A DNA stretch of 64,000 nt, taken from NCBI GenBank assembly GCA_944391375.1, contig CALXTJ010000002.1:82-64081 (forward strand), written 5' to 3'. The DNA comes from an uncultured Alphaproteobacteria bacterium. GTDB taxonomy: Bacteria; Pseudomonadota; Alphaproteobacteria; RF32; CAG-239. Shown piece after piece: positions 1-10,491 of the stretch (position 1 is its first letter; the number at the start of each line of letters is the position of its first letter). The notes beneath the pieces were generated by a model. The model did no database searches. It saw nothing but the letters and a program-made list of their open reading frames with translations, and had not been told where the DNA came from. The translations under genes and the position numbers were made by a program.

Positions 1-1359
1 GATGAAGAAGTTTATACTTTGCCGCGTAAGACGACTGCTTTGCCGCCGGTCGTCATCGGCAGCGGACCGGCGGGTATGATGGCCGGATTAGCTCTTTCTG
101 AGGCCGGCTTAAAACCGATTATTTTGGAAAGGGGCAAGGAGGTAGAAAAGCGTAAACAAGATGTAGATGTTTTTTGGCAGACCGGCAAGCTGGATATTGT
201 TTCCAATGTGCAATTCGGGGAAGGCGGAGCCGGAACTTTTTCAGACGGCAAGTTGATGACCGGCATTAAAAAAGACCAATATGTAAGAAAAGTGCTGGAA
301 GAGTTTGTTTTGGCAGGTGCCCCGGAAGAGATATTGTATTTAGCAAAACCCCACATCGGTACCGATAATCTGGTAAAAATGGTTAAAAATATTCGCAAAA
401 AAATTGAAAGTTTGGGTGGAGAATACCGCTTTGAGCACCGTGTCAATAAGCTGATTGTTAAAGATGAAAAAATTATCGGCGTTGAAGTTGTCAAATCTGA
501 CGGAAGTAAAGATGAAATCGCCTCAGATACGGTAGTTTTAGCCATAGGCCATTCGGCACGCGATACCTTTGAAATGCTTTATCGGGAAAAAATCCCCATA
601 ACTCAAAAGCCGTTTTCGGTCGGAGCACGAATAGAACATTTACAAAAAAATATCAATAAGGCTCAATACGGTCAGGAACATATCAAAGGATTGGGTGCGG
701 CCGATTATAAGTTGGCCGTACATCTTGCGGGCGGGGCTTCGGCTTATACCTTTTGTATGTGTCCGGGAGGAAGTGTGGTAGCCGCTGCCAGTGAAGAGGG
801 AAGAGTTGTAACAAACGGTATGAGTGAATATGCCCGCAATAAGGAAAACGCCAATGCCGCCTTGCTTATAGGTGTGGATGAAACCGATTTTCAGTCCAAG
901 CACCCCTTGGCAGGTATGTATTTTCAAAGAAAAATAGAAGAACAGGCTTTCAAACTCGGCGGTTGTGATTATAAGGCTCCGGCTCAGCTTGTCGGCGACT
1001 TTTTGCAAAATAAAGAAAGTAAAAAGCTTGGCGAGGTTAAGCCAAGCTATACTCCGGGAGTAAACTTAAGCTCAATAAATGCGGTTTTGCCGCCAAAAAT
1101 TGTGGCGGTTATGCAAAAAGCCATTACGGAAATGGATAAAAAACTCAAAGGCTTTGCCCAATATGATGCCTTATTAACCGCACCTGAAACCCGAAGTTCT
1201 TCCCCGATACGCATTTTACGCGATGAAACTTTGCAAAGTGAGGTTAAAGGCCTGTATCCTTGCGGTGAGGGAGCAGGTTACGCCGGAGGTATTACTTCGG
1301 CGGCGGCCGATGGTTTGAAAGTTGCGGAGAGTATAGTCTTAAAATTGTCCATAAAGTAA
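1..1359 (+). CDS. FAD-dependent oxidoreductase (COG2509-like NAD(FAD)-utilizing dehydrogenase); 5' end probably outside window
   Basis: N-terminal dinucleotide-binding motif VVIGSGPAGMMAG. The frame is open from base 1, so the annotated TTG at 19 is probably not the true start. Confidence 0.6.
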   Translation, partial: DEEVYTLPRKTTALPPVVIGSGPAGMMAGLALSEAGLKPIILERGKEVEKRKQDVDVFWQTGKLDIVSNVQFGEGGAGTFSDGKLMTGIKKDQYVRKVLEEFVLAGAPEEILYLAKPHIGTDNLVKMVKNIRKKIESLGGEYRFEHRVNKLIVKDEKIIGVEVVKSDGSKDEIASDTVVLAIGHSARDTFEMLYREKIPITQKPFSVGARIEHLQKNINKAQYGQEHIKGLGAADYKLAVHLAGGASAYTFCMCPGGSVVAAASEEGRVVTNGMSEYARNKENANAALLIGVDETDFQSKHPLAGMYFQRKIEEQAFKLGGCDYKAPAQLVGDFLQNKESKKLGEVKPSYTPGVNLSSINAVLPPKIVAVMQKAITEMDKKLKGFAQYDALLTAPETRSSSPIRILRDETLQSEVKGLYPCGEGAGYAGGITSAAADGLKVAESIVLKLSIK

Positions 1360-1418
1360 GATATTGACTTGCGAAAGTATAAACATCGGTTAAAAATAGA
1401 GCTTAAAGGAGATGTAAA

Positions 1419-2753
1419 ATGTCGCTTGATTGGTTAATTAGCGGAGCATTGTTGATTATAGGTTTGGGCGGCTTGGGAGCTTGGCTTTTAAGTTTTAAAA
1501 AAGTTCGTCATGCCGATTTGTTGCAAGCTCAAAATACGGTTTTACTGCAAGAAAAAGATAAAAAAATCGCCGAATTAAACAGCCGCTGCCATACCTTGGA
1601 AGAAGATAATTTTAAGCTCGTTGCCGAAAATACCAAGGCTAAATCGGATATTGAAAATCAGACTAAATTTATGAATGAAAAGTTGGCCGATATTGAAAAA
1701 AACAAAGAAGATATGCTCTTAAGGTTCAAAAATCTTTCCAATGAAATTTTACAGGCTCAAAATCAGCAGTTTACCGAAGAACAAAAAAATACTTTTTCCC
1801 TGCTGTTAAAGCCGTTTCAACAGCAAATGGCCGATTTTAAGAGCAAGGTTGAAGCCGCCCATGAAGACAGTATCAAAAATAAATCGTCGTTTGACGAGCA
1901 GTTAAATAAACTGTTCAGCTTAAATCAAAATTTAAGCAAGGATGCCCAAGACTTGAGCTCGGCTCTTAAGGGCAATAAAAAAATACAAGGTAACTGGGGT
2001 GAGTTTCAATTAGAGCGGATTTTGGAAATATCGGGCTTGCAAAAAGGCATTAACTACATTACGCAGGAAACTTTCCGTAATGAAGAAAATCAGATGCTTC
2101 GTCCCGATGTTATCATCAAGCTTCCCAACGACAGAAATGTGATTGTGGATTCCAAAGTATCGTTAAACGACTATGTCAATTATGTAAATTGTGAAGATGA
2201 AACCTTAAAACAAGTGTATCTTAAAAAGCACATTCAGTGCATAAGGGGACATATAGACGAGCTGGCCGGTAAAGATTACCAAAAATTGATAAAAAATAAT
2301 GCTCTTGATTATGTGGTAATTTTTATTCCGGTGGAAAGTGCCTATGTTGAGGCGGTAAGAGCCGATAACAATTTATACGATTATGCTTATAAAAAGAACA
2401 TAGCTATTACCACGTCGTCATCTTTATTGCCGATATTGCGTACCATAGAAAATTTATGGCAGATAGAAAAGCAAAACAAAAATGTGGCAAGCATTGCCGA
2501 ACTCGGCGGTTCTTTATACGATAAAATAGCCGGCTTTGTTGATGATATGCAAAAAATTGACAAGTCTTTAGATGCAGCCAAAAAAAATTATGATTTAGCC
2601 ATGAATAAGCTCTCAAACGGTAAGGGTAATGCCCTATCTTTGGCCGAAAGATTAAAAGGGTACGGAGCCAAAGCCGCCAAAGTAATCTCCGTTGAGAGCA
2701 GGGATAATTTACAACTTTTGGAAAATAACCATAAAGAGAATGATGATGAGTAA
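1419..2753 (+). CDS. rmuC: DNA recombination protein RmuC
   Basis: N-terminal TM helix, long coiled-coil region, then a conserved RmuC C-terminal domain. RBS AAGGAG upstream. Confidence 0.8.
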   Translation: MSLDWLISGALLIIGLGGLGAWLLSFKKVRHADLLQAQNTVLLQEKDKKIAELNSRCHTLEEDNFKLVAENTKAKSDIENQTKFMNEKLADIEKNKEDMLLRFKNLSNEILQAQNQQFTEEQKNTFSLLLKPFQQQMADFKSKVEAAHEDSIKNKSSFDEQLNKLFSLNQNLSKDAQDLSSALKGNKKIQGNWGEFQLERILEISGLQKGINYITQETFRNEENQMLRPDVIIKLPNDRNVIVDSKVSLNDYVNYVNCEDETLKQVYLKKHIQCIRGHIDELAGKDYQKLIKNNALDYVVIFIPVESAYVEAVRADNNLYDYAYKKNIAITTSSSLLPILRTIENLWQIEKQNKNVASIAELGGSLYDKIAGFVDDMQKIDKSLDAAKKNYDLAMNKLSNGKGNALSLAERLKGYGAKAAKVISVESRDNLQLLENNHKENDDE

Positions 2754-3840
2754 AAAAATAATTTTCACCGGCGGGGGATCGGCCGGTCATGTAACCTTAA
2801 ATTTAGCCTTAATGCCGTTGTTTTTGGAACAGGGTTGGAAAGTTGTGTACATTGGTTCTTACCATGGTATAGAAAAGGATTTAATTTCAAAATTACCTGA
2901 TGTTAAGTATTACGGTATAGCTACCGGTAAATTACGTCGATATTTTTCCTGGCAGAATTTTGTAGATGTGATAAAAATTCCTTTAGGCATATTGCAGGCG
3001 ACATGGATAGTTTTCAGGCAAAAACCGGATATTATTTTTTCCAAAGGCGGGTTTGTATCTTTTCCGGTGGTATTAGCCGGTAAAATCAACGGTTGTCCGG
3101 TGGTTATGCATGAATCGGATGTAACTCCGGGACTGGCCAATAAAATGTCCTTACCGTTTGTTTCCAAGTTTTTCACTACATTTTCTGATACCGTAAAGTA
3201 TGTTAAAGATAAGAATAAGGTTTTGCACCTCGGACCTGTGTTATCTGATAGATTTAAGGGCGGAAGCAAAGAAAGAGCCTGTGTTATATGCGGATTTAGT
3301 GCCGAAAAACCGATTATTATGGTAATCGGCGGTTCCTTGGGTGCCAAAAGCCTAAATCAGGCGGTAAGGGATAATCTGCCGACTTTGTTAAAAGAGTATC
3401 AGATTATTCATATTTGCGGTAAAGGGCAAATGGAAGAAGGTGCCGATTGCTTGGGCTATAAGCAGTTTGAATATGTGGATGAGGAGCTCAAAGACTTTAT
3501 GAAAGCCGCCGATGTGGTAATATCGCGAGCCGGATCCAATTCTATTTTTGAGTTATTGAGTTTACACAAACCGATGGTTTTGGTACCTCTGCCGACCGGT
3601 TCCAGTCGCGGTGAGCAAATGTTAAATGCTCGTTCTTTTGAAGCTAAAGGTTATTGTGAGATTGTGGCTGATGAAGAGCTTGCAGATGCAGATAAGTTTT
3701 TATCTACCGTTAAAAAAGTATATGATAATCGTAATGAGTATGTTAAAAATATGCAAAAAAGCAAAATAGTGGCAACCGATAATAAGGAATTGGCCAAAAC
3801 AATTATGTCATTTTGTAAAAACAACAATAAGGAAAAGTAA
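2740..3840 (+). CDS. murG: MurG-family (GT28) UDP-GlcNAc glycosyltransferase
   Basis: N-terminal GGGSAGHV glycine loop and C-terminal IGGSLGA...RAGSNSIFEL match the MurG/GT28 two-domain pattern. The start is more likely ATG 2740 than the track's 2692, which overlaps rmuC. Confidence 0.55.
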   Translation: MMMSKKIIFTGGGSAGHVTLNLALMPLFLEQGWKVVYIGSYHGIEKDLISKLPDVKYYGIATGKLRRYFSWQNFVDVIKIPLGILQATWIVFRQKPDIIFSKGGFVSFPVVLAGKINGCPVVMHESDVTPGLANKMSLPFVSKFFTTFSDTVKYVKDKNKVLHLGPVLSDRFKGGSKERACVICGFSAEKPIIMVIGGSLGAKSLNQAVRDNLPTLLKEYQIIHICGKGQMEEGADCLGYKQFEYVDEELKDFMKAADVVISRAGSNSIFELLSLHKPMVLVPLPTGSSRGEQMLNARSFEAKGYCEIVADEELADADKFLSTVKKVYDNRNEYVKNMQKSKIVATDNKELAKTIMSFCKNNNKEK

Positions 3841-3841
3841 A

Positions 3842-4927
3842 ATGAAAGTATTGGTAGGATTAAGCGGCGGGGTAGATTCGGCTGCGGCGGCATATTTATT
3901 AAAAAGAAGCGGTCATGAGGTAATCGGGGCAACCATGTCCATTTGGGATAAAGATACCGATTTTGGGGCAAGCCTAAAAGCCAAAGGCTGTTTCAGCCCG
4001 CACCAGGAGCAAGACATAGAAGCGGCCAGGAAAGTGGCCGAAACTTTAGATATTCCGTACTATGTATTTGATTGCAGTGAAGAATATAAAAAGATTGTAC
4101 TGGCCGATTTCAAAAAAGAATATTTGGCAGGCCGCACGCCTAATCCGTGTGTGGTATGTAATTCTACCATAAAGTTTGATGCTCTGCCGCGTACGGCTAA
4201 AGCCCAAGGCTTGGAGTTTGATAAGTTTGCCACCGGCCATTATGCACGTGTGGCTCAAAGCAAGGGCAGCGGTCGTTTTCAGCTTTTCAGAGGAATAGAA
4301 AAAAAGCGGGATCAGTCGTATTTTTTGTATCGCTTGACGCAAGAGCAGTTAAGCAGTGTTTTAATGCCGTTGGGACAATATGTTAAAAATGAGGTGAGAG
4401 TTTTTGCCCAAAAGGCCGGATTGGAAATTTTTGATAAAAAAGACAGTCAGGATTTTTACTCCGGTGATATTAACGATATTTTGCACCAAGAAGCCAAGCC
4501 CGGCAATTTTGTAACATTAAGCGGCGAAGTTTTGGGCCAACATGAAGGAATATGGAATTACACCATAGGTCAGCGTCGGGGAATGGGCATATCGGCCGAG
4601 CGTCCGTTGTATGTTATAGAAATAAGACAAGCTACCAACGAGGTAGTGGTGGGTTTTGATGAGGAAGGCGGATGCAAAGGGTTGGTGGCCGATAATTTGT
4701 GTTGGTCTTCCATAGAAGGCATTGATGAACCCTCGGAAGTAACAATTAAGGTGCGTTCTGCCCAGGAGCCGTTTAAGGCCCATATTGTGCCAATGGAAAA
4801 TGGCAAGATGAAAGTTGAGTTTTTAACTGAACAAAGGGCCATAGCAAGCGGACAGTCGGTAGTATTTTACGGCGGAGATATGGTTTTGGGCGGAGGTATA
4901 ATTACCGAAACCTTCAAAAGTTATTAA
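3842..4927 (+). CDS. mnmA: tRNA-specific 2-thiouridylase MnmA
   Basis: PP-loop SGGVDSAAAAYLL and conserved MnmA core over the full length. Confidence 0.85.
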   Translation: MKVLVGLSGGVDSAAAAYLLKRSGHEVIGATMSIWDKDTDFGASLKAKGCFSPHQEQDIEAARKVAETLDIPYYVFDCSEEYKKIVLADFKKEYLAGRTPNPCVVCNSTIKFDALPRTAKAQGLEFDKFATGHYARVAQSKGSGRFQLFRGIEKKRDQSYFLYRLTQEQLSSVLMPLGQYVKNEVRVFAQKAGLEIFDKKDSQDFYSGDINDILHQEAKPGNFVTLSGEVLGQHEGIWNYTIGQRRGMGISAERPLYVIEIRQATNEVVVGFDEEGGCKGLVADNLCWSSIEGIDEPSEVTIKVRSAQEPFKAHIVPMENGKMKVEFLTEQRAIASGQSVVFYGGDMVLGGGIITETFKSY

Positions 4928-4998
4928 GACAAAAAAATATTGTTTGACAAATAAAAAAAATATGGTGTAGTTTATAAAAAAAACAACGGAGAACTATA

Positions 4999-5517
4999 AT
5001 GCTCGGAAGATACCAATATACGGCAAGTACCTTAACCCCGGGAGAGGAAATTGAACTGGTGGGAAGGCTTCACTATTTTGCTTTGATTATCCCCTGCTTT
5101 TTAACCACGGCTTCATTTGCTGCCGTATTTATGGCTTTGGGATATACTTCGGTGTTGGTGCGGTATAATCAACCAATTTACTATTTGGCTGTGTGGCTTC
5201 CGGTTATTGCTTTGTTAATATTTACCGTCGTTTCATGGCTGAAAAGAAGTTTAATTGAAATGGTTTGTACCAATAAAAGAGTGGTAAAAAGAACGGGTAT
5301 TATCAATGTTACTACCGAAGAGTTAAACAGGGAACGTATTGAGTCGGTAGAGATTCGTCAAAGTATTTTCGGTCGTCTGTTTAACTACGGTGATATCTTG
5401 TTTTCCGGTACCGGTACATCCAAGGTAGTGTTTAACTTTATCAATCAACCACGGTTAATGAAGCAGATTATAGACGCCGTAATTACCCGCCCGCTTGATT
5501 TACGGCCGGATGTTTAA
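4999..5517 (+). CDS. bPH_2 (YdbS/YdbT-like) membrane protein
   Basis: Two TM helices followed by a bacterial PH-like segment (VVKRTGIIN...ESVEIRQSIFGRLFNYGDI). Confidence 0.45.
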   Translation: MLGRYQYTASTLTPGEEIELVGRLHYFALIIPCFLTTASFAAVFMALGYTSVLVRYNQPIYYLAVWLPVIALLIFTVVSWLKRSLIEMVCTNKRVVKRTGIINVTTEELNRERIESVEIRQSIFGRLFNYGDILFSGTGTSKVVFNFINQPRLMKQIIDAVITRPLDLRPDV

Positions 5518-5577
5518 TTTTTGACAGTAACTTTTTTCAAATAAAAACTTATTAGTGCATTGTTTACGAGATTTTGC

Positions 5578-5606
5578 TTGACTTAAATCAAGTGCGATGG
5601 TAGTAC
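5578..5606 (+). promoter_or_regulatory. putative sigma70 promoter TTGACT-N17-TAGTAC upstream of metK
   Basis: Hexamer spacing read directly from the sequence; the -10 box is weak. Confidence 0.25.
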
Positions 5607-5675
5607 GATGTTGTAAAAGTGTGGATTTAACCGAATTGTCCGGCACTATAAACGGACTAAACAGGAGATTATAAA

Positions 5676-6680
5676 ATGTTAAAAACAGCAGAATTCGTAT
5701 CTTTAGGCCATCCTGATAAAACGGCCGATTACATTACCAGCCATATTTTAGATAAAATGCTGGAGCAAGACAGCTCCGTGCGTTACGCTTTGGAAGTTAT
5801 GGTAAAAGGAAATACCGTAATTTTGGGCGGAGAAGTAGGAGGTCACGTAAGCTTGAAAGCAATAGATGATTATGTCGTTGAGGCCGTAAGCAACATCGGC
5901 TATAATGCAAGATATGCCAAAATCTGGCAAGATAATGCCATAGATGTTAATAAGCTTAAAATCGTAAAACTTATCAGCAGACAGTCAAATGAAATTTATC
6001 AAGGTGTTAAAAACGGCGGCTGGGGGGATCAAGGCGTGTTTGTGGGCTATGCCTGTAAAGGTAAGGGTAATATGCCTCAAGAGCTGTATCTGGCCAAAAA
6101 GTTAAATAGGACTATTTATGAAAAGGCTTTATTAAGTGATAATTGGGGCTTAGATATTAAAACGCAGATTACTTTGGATAATAACGGAAAAGTAACCACG
6201 GCCATTGTCGCCGTACCGATGCTCAAACACGAAGATTTAGAAGAGTTTGTGGTCAATACTTTGCAAGCGGAGCCGGAAAAGTTAATAATTAACGGTACCG
6301 GAGACTATGTAATGCATTCTTCGGTTGCCGATTGCGGCATTACGGGACGAAAACTGGCTTGTGATTTTTATTCTACGGCTTGTGCCGTGGGCGGAGGTTC
6401 GCCTTGGGGCAAAGATGCCGGTAAAGCCGATGTCAGCTTAAATATTTTGGCACGACTTATGGCGGTGGAAAACCTACAAGATAATGATGAAGTGTTTGTA
6501 TACCTGTCATCTTGTATCGGAAAAGCAGATTTACCCAGTGCCGTGGTAAAGAGCATAAAAGACGGTAAAGTAAGTATCCGTAATTTGGAAGGCGATTTTT
6601 CACCTCATGCGGTAATTGAAAAACTGGGCTTAAACAAGCCGGTATTTGCCAAGCTTTGCAAGGAAGGCATAGTCCGTTAA
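5676..6680 (+). CDS. metK: S-adenosylmethionine synthetase, short divergent form
   Basis: MetK motifs GHPDK, GDQGVFVGYA and DCGITGRK...GGGSPWGKD are present, but the protein is only 334 aa and the C-terminal domain is shortened. Confidence 0.6.
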   Translation: MLKTAEFVSLGHPDKTADYITSHILDKMLEQDSSVRYALEVMVKGNTVILGGEVGGHVSLKAIDDYVVEAVSNIGYNARYAKIWQDNAIDVNKLKIVKLISRQSNEIYQGVKNGGWGDQGVFVGYACKGKGNMPQELYLAKKLNRTIYEKALLSDNWGLDIKTQITLDNNGKVTTAIVAVPMLKHEDLEEFVVNTLQAEPEKLIINGTGDYVMHSSVADCGITGRKLACDFYSTACAVGGGSPWGKDAGKADVSLNILARLMAVENLQDNDEVFVYLSSCIGKADLPSAVVKSIKDGKVSIRNLEGDFSPHAVIEKLGLNKPVFAKLCKEGIVR

Positions 6681-6748
6681 AAAACTTGACATTTTAGGCA
6701 TTAAGCAATACCTTGAAGCCAAGTTTTTTAATAAAGAAGGAATAAAAA

Positions 6749-9016
6749 TTGTTAAAACCCGAATTATTGGCTCCCGCCGGAGACATTGAAGCCGGATATG
6801 CGGCACTGTACTATGGTGCAGATGCCGTTTATTTAGGCTTGCAAAAATTTTCCGCCCGAGCTACCGCTACCAATTTTAATGAGCAAAATTTAAATGAATT
6901 TACGGCTTATGCCCATCATTTGGGTAAAAAGGTGTATGCGGCTATCAATACGGTAGTTGAGGAAGATGAACTGAGTGAATTGATAGAAAGTTTGGATATT
7001 TGCTCTCGTTGCCGGGTGGATGCGGTAATTATTCAAGATTTGGGTGTGGCTCGGGTTATAAGAGAAAGTTATCCCGAACTTGAAATGCATGCCAGTACGC
7101 AAATGGCAGTGCATAATAAGGAAGGAGCTCAGTTTTTAAAAAGTTTGGGCTTTAGCCGCGTAGTGGTAGCAAGAGAATTAACTTTGCCGGAAATAAAAGA
7201 AATTGCCTCCGTAAAAGATTTGGAAATTGAGGCTTTTATTCACGGAGCTTTGTGCTATTGTTACAGCGGATTGTGCCAGTTTTCGGCCTTGGAAAGCGGA
7301 CGCAGTGCCAACCGCGGCAAATGCTTGTATCCTTGTCGCTCCGAATTTAAGACATCTAATGGTAAAGAGCATATCTTTTCCATGAAGGATATGGCACTAA
7401 CCAAAGATATTTTAAAAATGCCGGTAGCTTCGCTTAAAATAGAGGGCCGCAAAAAAAGTGCACTGTATGTGGCGGCGGTTACCGATTACTATCGCCGTAT
7501 TTTGGACGGCAAAAACCCTGATATTAACTTGGAAGAAAATATTAAGCAGATATTTTCGCGCCCGTGGTGTAAATTTCATTTTAACGGTAAAGATAAAAAT
7601 GTTACCGATAAAGATTTTATTGGGCACCGCGGATTATTGATAGGTAAAATAGCCAACTGCTCCAAAGGATGGATTTCATTTAAGACCAATCATGAAATCG
7701 GCCGCTTTGACGGTTTGCAGATAGATGTTAGGGGCCTGGAAAAACCGTTTGGATTTTCGGTGCAGGATATGAAGTCGGCAGGAAGAAAAGTCATTATTGC
7801 CAATAAGGGTGAATATATTGATGTAAAATTGCCGGCCGATTATCCGTTTTTAAGCAAAGGGGCCGATGTCTATTTAGCTTCTTCAAGCAAAGTCAAAGGG
7901 ATGTATGACTATAAAAAGCCCAAACCTCAAGAATTTATCAATACTTGCGATATTGATGTGGTCGTTGATGTAAAAAGCGATAAGGTTACGGCTCAAAGCG
8001 GTAAGTATACATCGGAAATTATCGGAAAATTTGCCAAGGCAGATAATGCCGAAAAAATAAGCGAGGCTTTTAAAGGCTCGTTTAACAAGACCGGAGGTAC
8101 GGCCTTAAAGCTTAACAAATTAACGGTAAACAATCCGCAAGAGCTGTTCGTGCCGGTGTCGGAAATCAATAAGCTCCGCCGCAGTTTGTACGAAAAGATA
8201 GAAGTTTTACATAAAAAAGGCGTGTTGCCGCAAGTTGATAAAGCTAACTCAAGTAGTTTCCGGGGTTGGATGGTAAAAATTGACGATACTGATTATATTA
8301 AAGCCTTAAATGTGGCAGATTTCAGTGAAATTATTTACCTTGTCAATCCGAAAACGAACATAGAGCAAATAAGAGAACTGCCTAAAGAAAAAGTTCGTAT
8401 AAGCCTACCGACGGTATGCCGTAATCCGCAAGTGTTTGCCAAACTTATTAAAGAGGCGGTAGAAGAGGGGTATAACAAATGGGAAGTCGGCAACTATTGG
8501 GCAATTGAAATGCTAAAACCCTATAATGTGGATATAAGCTTTGATACTCCGCTTTATATGTTTAATTCCGAGGCTGTACAAGAGGCCAAAAGTATGAGAG
8601 CTTCAAAAATAAGCTTTGCTTTGGAAGACACTCTGGAAAATATTGAAAAATTGTCAATAATTTCGCCTTTGGAAACGGTTTTTGTGGTTTATCAAGATGT
8701 ACCGCTGTTTACCAGTGCCGTATGCATAAGAGATAACGATTGTGCCGATTGCACCCGCAAAAAGAAATGGCTGGAATTAAATAAGGACGGTAAAAAATAT
8801 GATGCTTTATCGGAAGAGTGCCAAATAATGCTGTTTGATAAGCGTCCGTTGTGTCTGGCCATGGAAGCCAAACAAGTAAATTGCAACTTTTACCGAGCCG
8901 ATTTTTGCCATAAAAAATATTCGCTGCCGCAAATAAAACGGGTTCTTGATAAAATTATGCAGTTTCAGGATATTGAAAATCCGCTAAAAGGAAATATCAA
9001 TAATCAAAAAATATAA
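6749..9016 (+). CDS. U32 family peptidase (collagenase-like, with C-terminal extension)
   Basis: U32-like N-terminus ELLAPAGD...YYGADAVYLG and a Cys-rich mid-region. TTG start preceded by AAGGA. Confidence 0.7.
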   Translation: MLKPELLAPAGDIEAGYAALYYGADAVYLGLQKFSARATATNFNEQNLNEFTAYAHHLGKKVYAAINTVVEEDELSELIESLDICSRCRVDAVIIQDLGVARVIRESYPELEMHASTQMAVHNKEGAQFLKSLGFSRVVVARELTLPEIKEIASVKDLEIEAFIHGALCYCYSGLCQFSALESGRSANRGKCLYPCRSEFKTSNGKEHIFSMKDMALTKDILKMPVASLKIEGRKKSALYVAAVTDYYRRILDGKNPDINLEENIKQIFSRPWCKFHFNGKDKNVTDKDFIGHRGLLIGKIANCSKGWISFKTNHEIGRFDGLQIDVRGLEKPFGFSVQDMKSAGRKVIIANKGEYIDVKLPADYPFLSKGADVYLASSSKVKGMYDYKKPKPQEFINTCDIDVVVDVKSDKVTAQSGKYTSEIIGKFAKADNAEKISEAFKGSFNKTGGTALKLNKLTVNNPQELFVPVSEINKLRRSLYEKIEVLHKKGVLPQVDKANSSSFRGWMVKIDDTDYIKALNVADFSEIIYLVNPKTNIEQIRELPKEKVRISLPTVCRNPQVFAKLIKEAVEEGYNKWEVGNYWAIEMLKPYNVDISFDTPLYMFNSEAVQEAKSMRASKISFALEDTLENIEKLSIISPLETVFVVYQDVPLFTSAVCIRDNDCADCTRKKKWLELNKDGKKYDALSEECQIMLFDKRPLCLAMEAKQVNCNFYRADFCHKKYSLPQIKRVLDKIMQFQDIENPLKGNINNQKI

Positions 9017-9084
9017 AAAATAGTACTTGCTATCATAAAATAAAAGTTTAATATAACGCCGAAAAGATAAACAGGAATATCAAA

Positions 9085-9825
9085 ATGTTGGAAGAAAATA
9101 AAAAAGACGGTTGGGGTGAAACCATAAAAACCATAATCTATGCGGTACTCATTGCCGTAGTTATCAGAAGTTTTTTGTTTGAACCGTTCCGAATCCCCTC
9201 AGGTTCCATGTATCCGACTTTGGAAGTTGGAGATTATCTGTTTGTATCTAAATATACCTACGGTTACTCGCGTTATTCTTTTCCGGGGGGTATAATTCCG
9301 TTTGAAGGACGCATCTGGGCCGATATGCCCAAGCGAGGAGATATCGTGGTATTTAAATTTCCGGTAGATAATAAAACCGATTTTATTAAAAGAGTAATCG
9401 GCCTTCCGGGGGATACCATTGAGGTAAAAAGAGGCCGCTTGTATATTAACAATCAAATGGTAGAAAGAGAAGAAGTCGGTGACTATACGGTAGATGAGTT
9501 TGTTATTAGGCCCGAAAATTATACCGAATATACCGAAACCTTGCCGGAAGGATTTAAGCACAATATTTTGGAAGTTTCCGATTACGAACCGCAGGTAGAT
9601 AACACTACTAAAGTAACGGTTCCCGAAGGGCATATTTTTGTTATGGGCGATAATCGCGACCGCTCTGATGACAGCCGTGTCAGCGTCGGTTTTGTTCCGG
9701 TTGAAAACTTAGTCGGCAAAGCCCGCTTCTTGTTCTTTTCACATAATGACAAAGGTGCTTGGTATAAGCCTTGGACCTGGCCTAAACTTATAAGATGGTC
9801 CAAGATTTTTAATACATTGCATTAA
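9085..9825 (+). CDS. lepB: signal peptidase I
   Basis: TM anchor, SGSMYPTL serine box, GDNRDRSDDSR box. Lies in the lepB-rnc-era order. Confidence 0.8.
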   Translation: MLEENKKDGWGETIKTIIYAVLIAVVIRSFLFEPFRIPSGSMYPTLEVGDYLFVSKYTYGYSRYSFPGGIIPFEGRIWADMPKRGDIVVFKFPVDNKTDFIKRVIGLPGDTIEVKRGRLYINNQMVEREEVGDYTVDEFVIRPENYTEYTETLPEGFKHNILEVSDYEPQVDNTTKVTVPEGHIFVMGDNRDRSDDSRVSVGFVPVENLVGKARFLFFSHNDKGAWYKPWTWPKLIRWSKIFNTLH

Positions 9826-9834
9826 GGATAAGCC

Positions 9835-10491
9835 ATGGAAGAATTGGAAAAAAACTTAGGTTATTGCTTTAAGAATAAAAAACTTTTAAGTCAAGCTTTA
9901 ACACACCGTAGTTATTCTAATGATATTACGCAAAATTATGAGCGTTTGGAGTTTTTGGGTGACAGAGTTTTAGGCGTAGCCATGGCTCATTTATTGTATA
10001 ATTTGTTCCCGAGTGAACCGGAGGGCGATTTATCGCCCCGTTTTACGCGTCTGGTGCGTAAAGAAACGGTAGCCGAAGTTGCTTTAGAATTGGGGCTTGA
10101 TAAATATATTAAAGTTGATAATCCGGAACTCTGCCGCAATGAAAATGTGCTGTGTGATGTTGCCGAAGCGGTTATCGGAGCTATTTGCATAGAAGCCGGT
10201 TTTACCACGGCCATAGAGTTTGTAGACAGACATTGGCGGCACTTAATCAATAAAAGTTCGGAACCCGTAAAAGATAGTAAAACTTTGTTGCAGGAATTAA
10301 CTCATCACTTAAAACTAGGCACACCGGAATATCGCTTGCTTAAAAAAGAGGGTAGCGAACACGAGCCGTATTTTCATATTGAGGCGGTTATAGGTAAATA
10401 CAGTGCCGTAGGTTTTGGTAAAAGCAAAAAGTTGGCCGAACAAGATGCAGCCGCCAAGTTAATTGCCGTTTTGGAACAAAAACATGACTGA
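9835..10491 (+). CDS. rnc: ribonuclease III
   Basis: RNase III signature ERLEFLGD and a C-terminal dsRBD. Confidence 0.85.
   Translation: MEELEKNLGYCFKNKKLLSQALTHRSYSNDITQNYERLEFLGDRVLGVAMAHLLYNLFPSEPEGDLSPRFTRLVRKETVAEVALELGLDKYIKVDNPELCRNENVLCDVAEAVIGAICIEAGFTTAIEFVDRHWRHLINKSSEPVKDSKTLLQELTHHLKLGTPEYRLLKKEGSEHEPYFHIEAVIGKYSAVGFGKSKKLAEQDAAAKLIAVLEQKHD

Noticed and set aside
12-545. Antisense or alternative-frame ORFs throughout (e.g. 12..545-, 2407..2790-, 2910..3347-, 9199..9633-, 32832..33206+, 49085..49429+, 49433..49702+, 52609..52881+, 60421..60684+, 61117..61401+)
   Set aside because: Each lies inside and opposite to, or out of frame with, a well-supported conserved gene. They have low-complexity composition and no RBS, so they are treated as spurious.
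2692-2742. Track start at 2692 for the MurG-like gene, and 19 for the first gene
   Set aside because: 2692 overlaps the rmuC 3' end; ATG 2740-2748 with the conserved KKIIFTGGGSAGHV N-terminus is more consistent. The first gene's frame is open from base 1, so its start probably lies upstream of the window.
5584-5675. Possible SAM riboswitch in the metK leader
   Set aside because: No recognisable SAM-I/SAM-II conserved helices or pseudoknot could be identified by eye; it would need an Rfam/Infernal scan.
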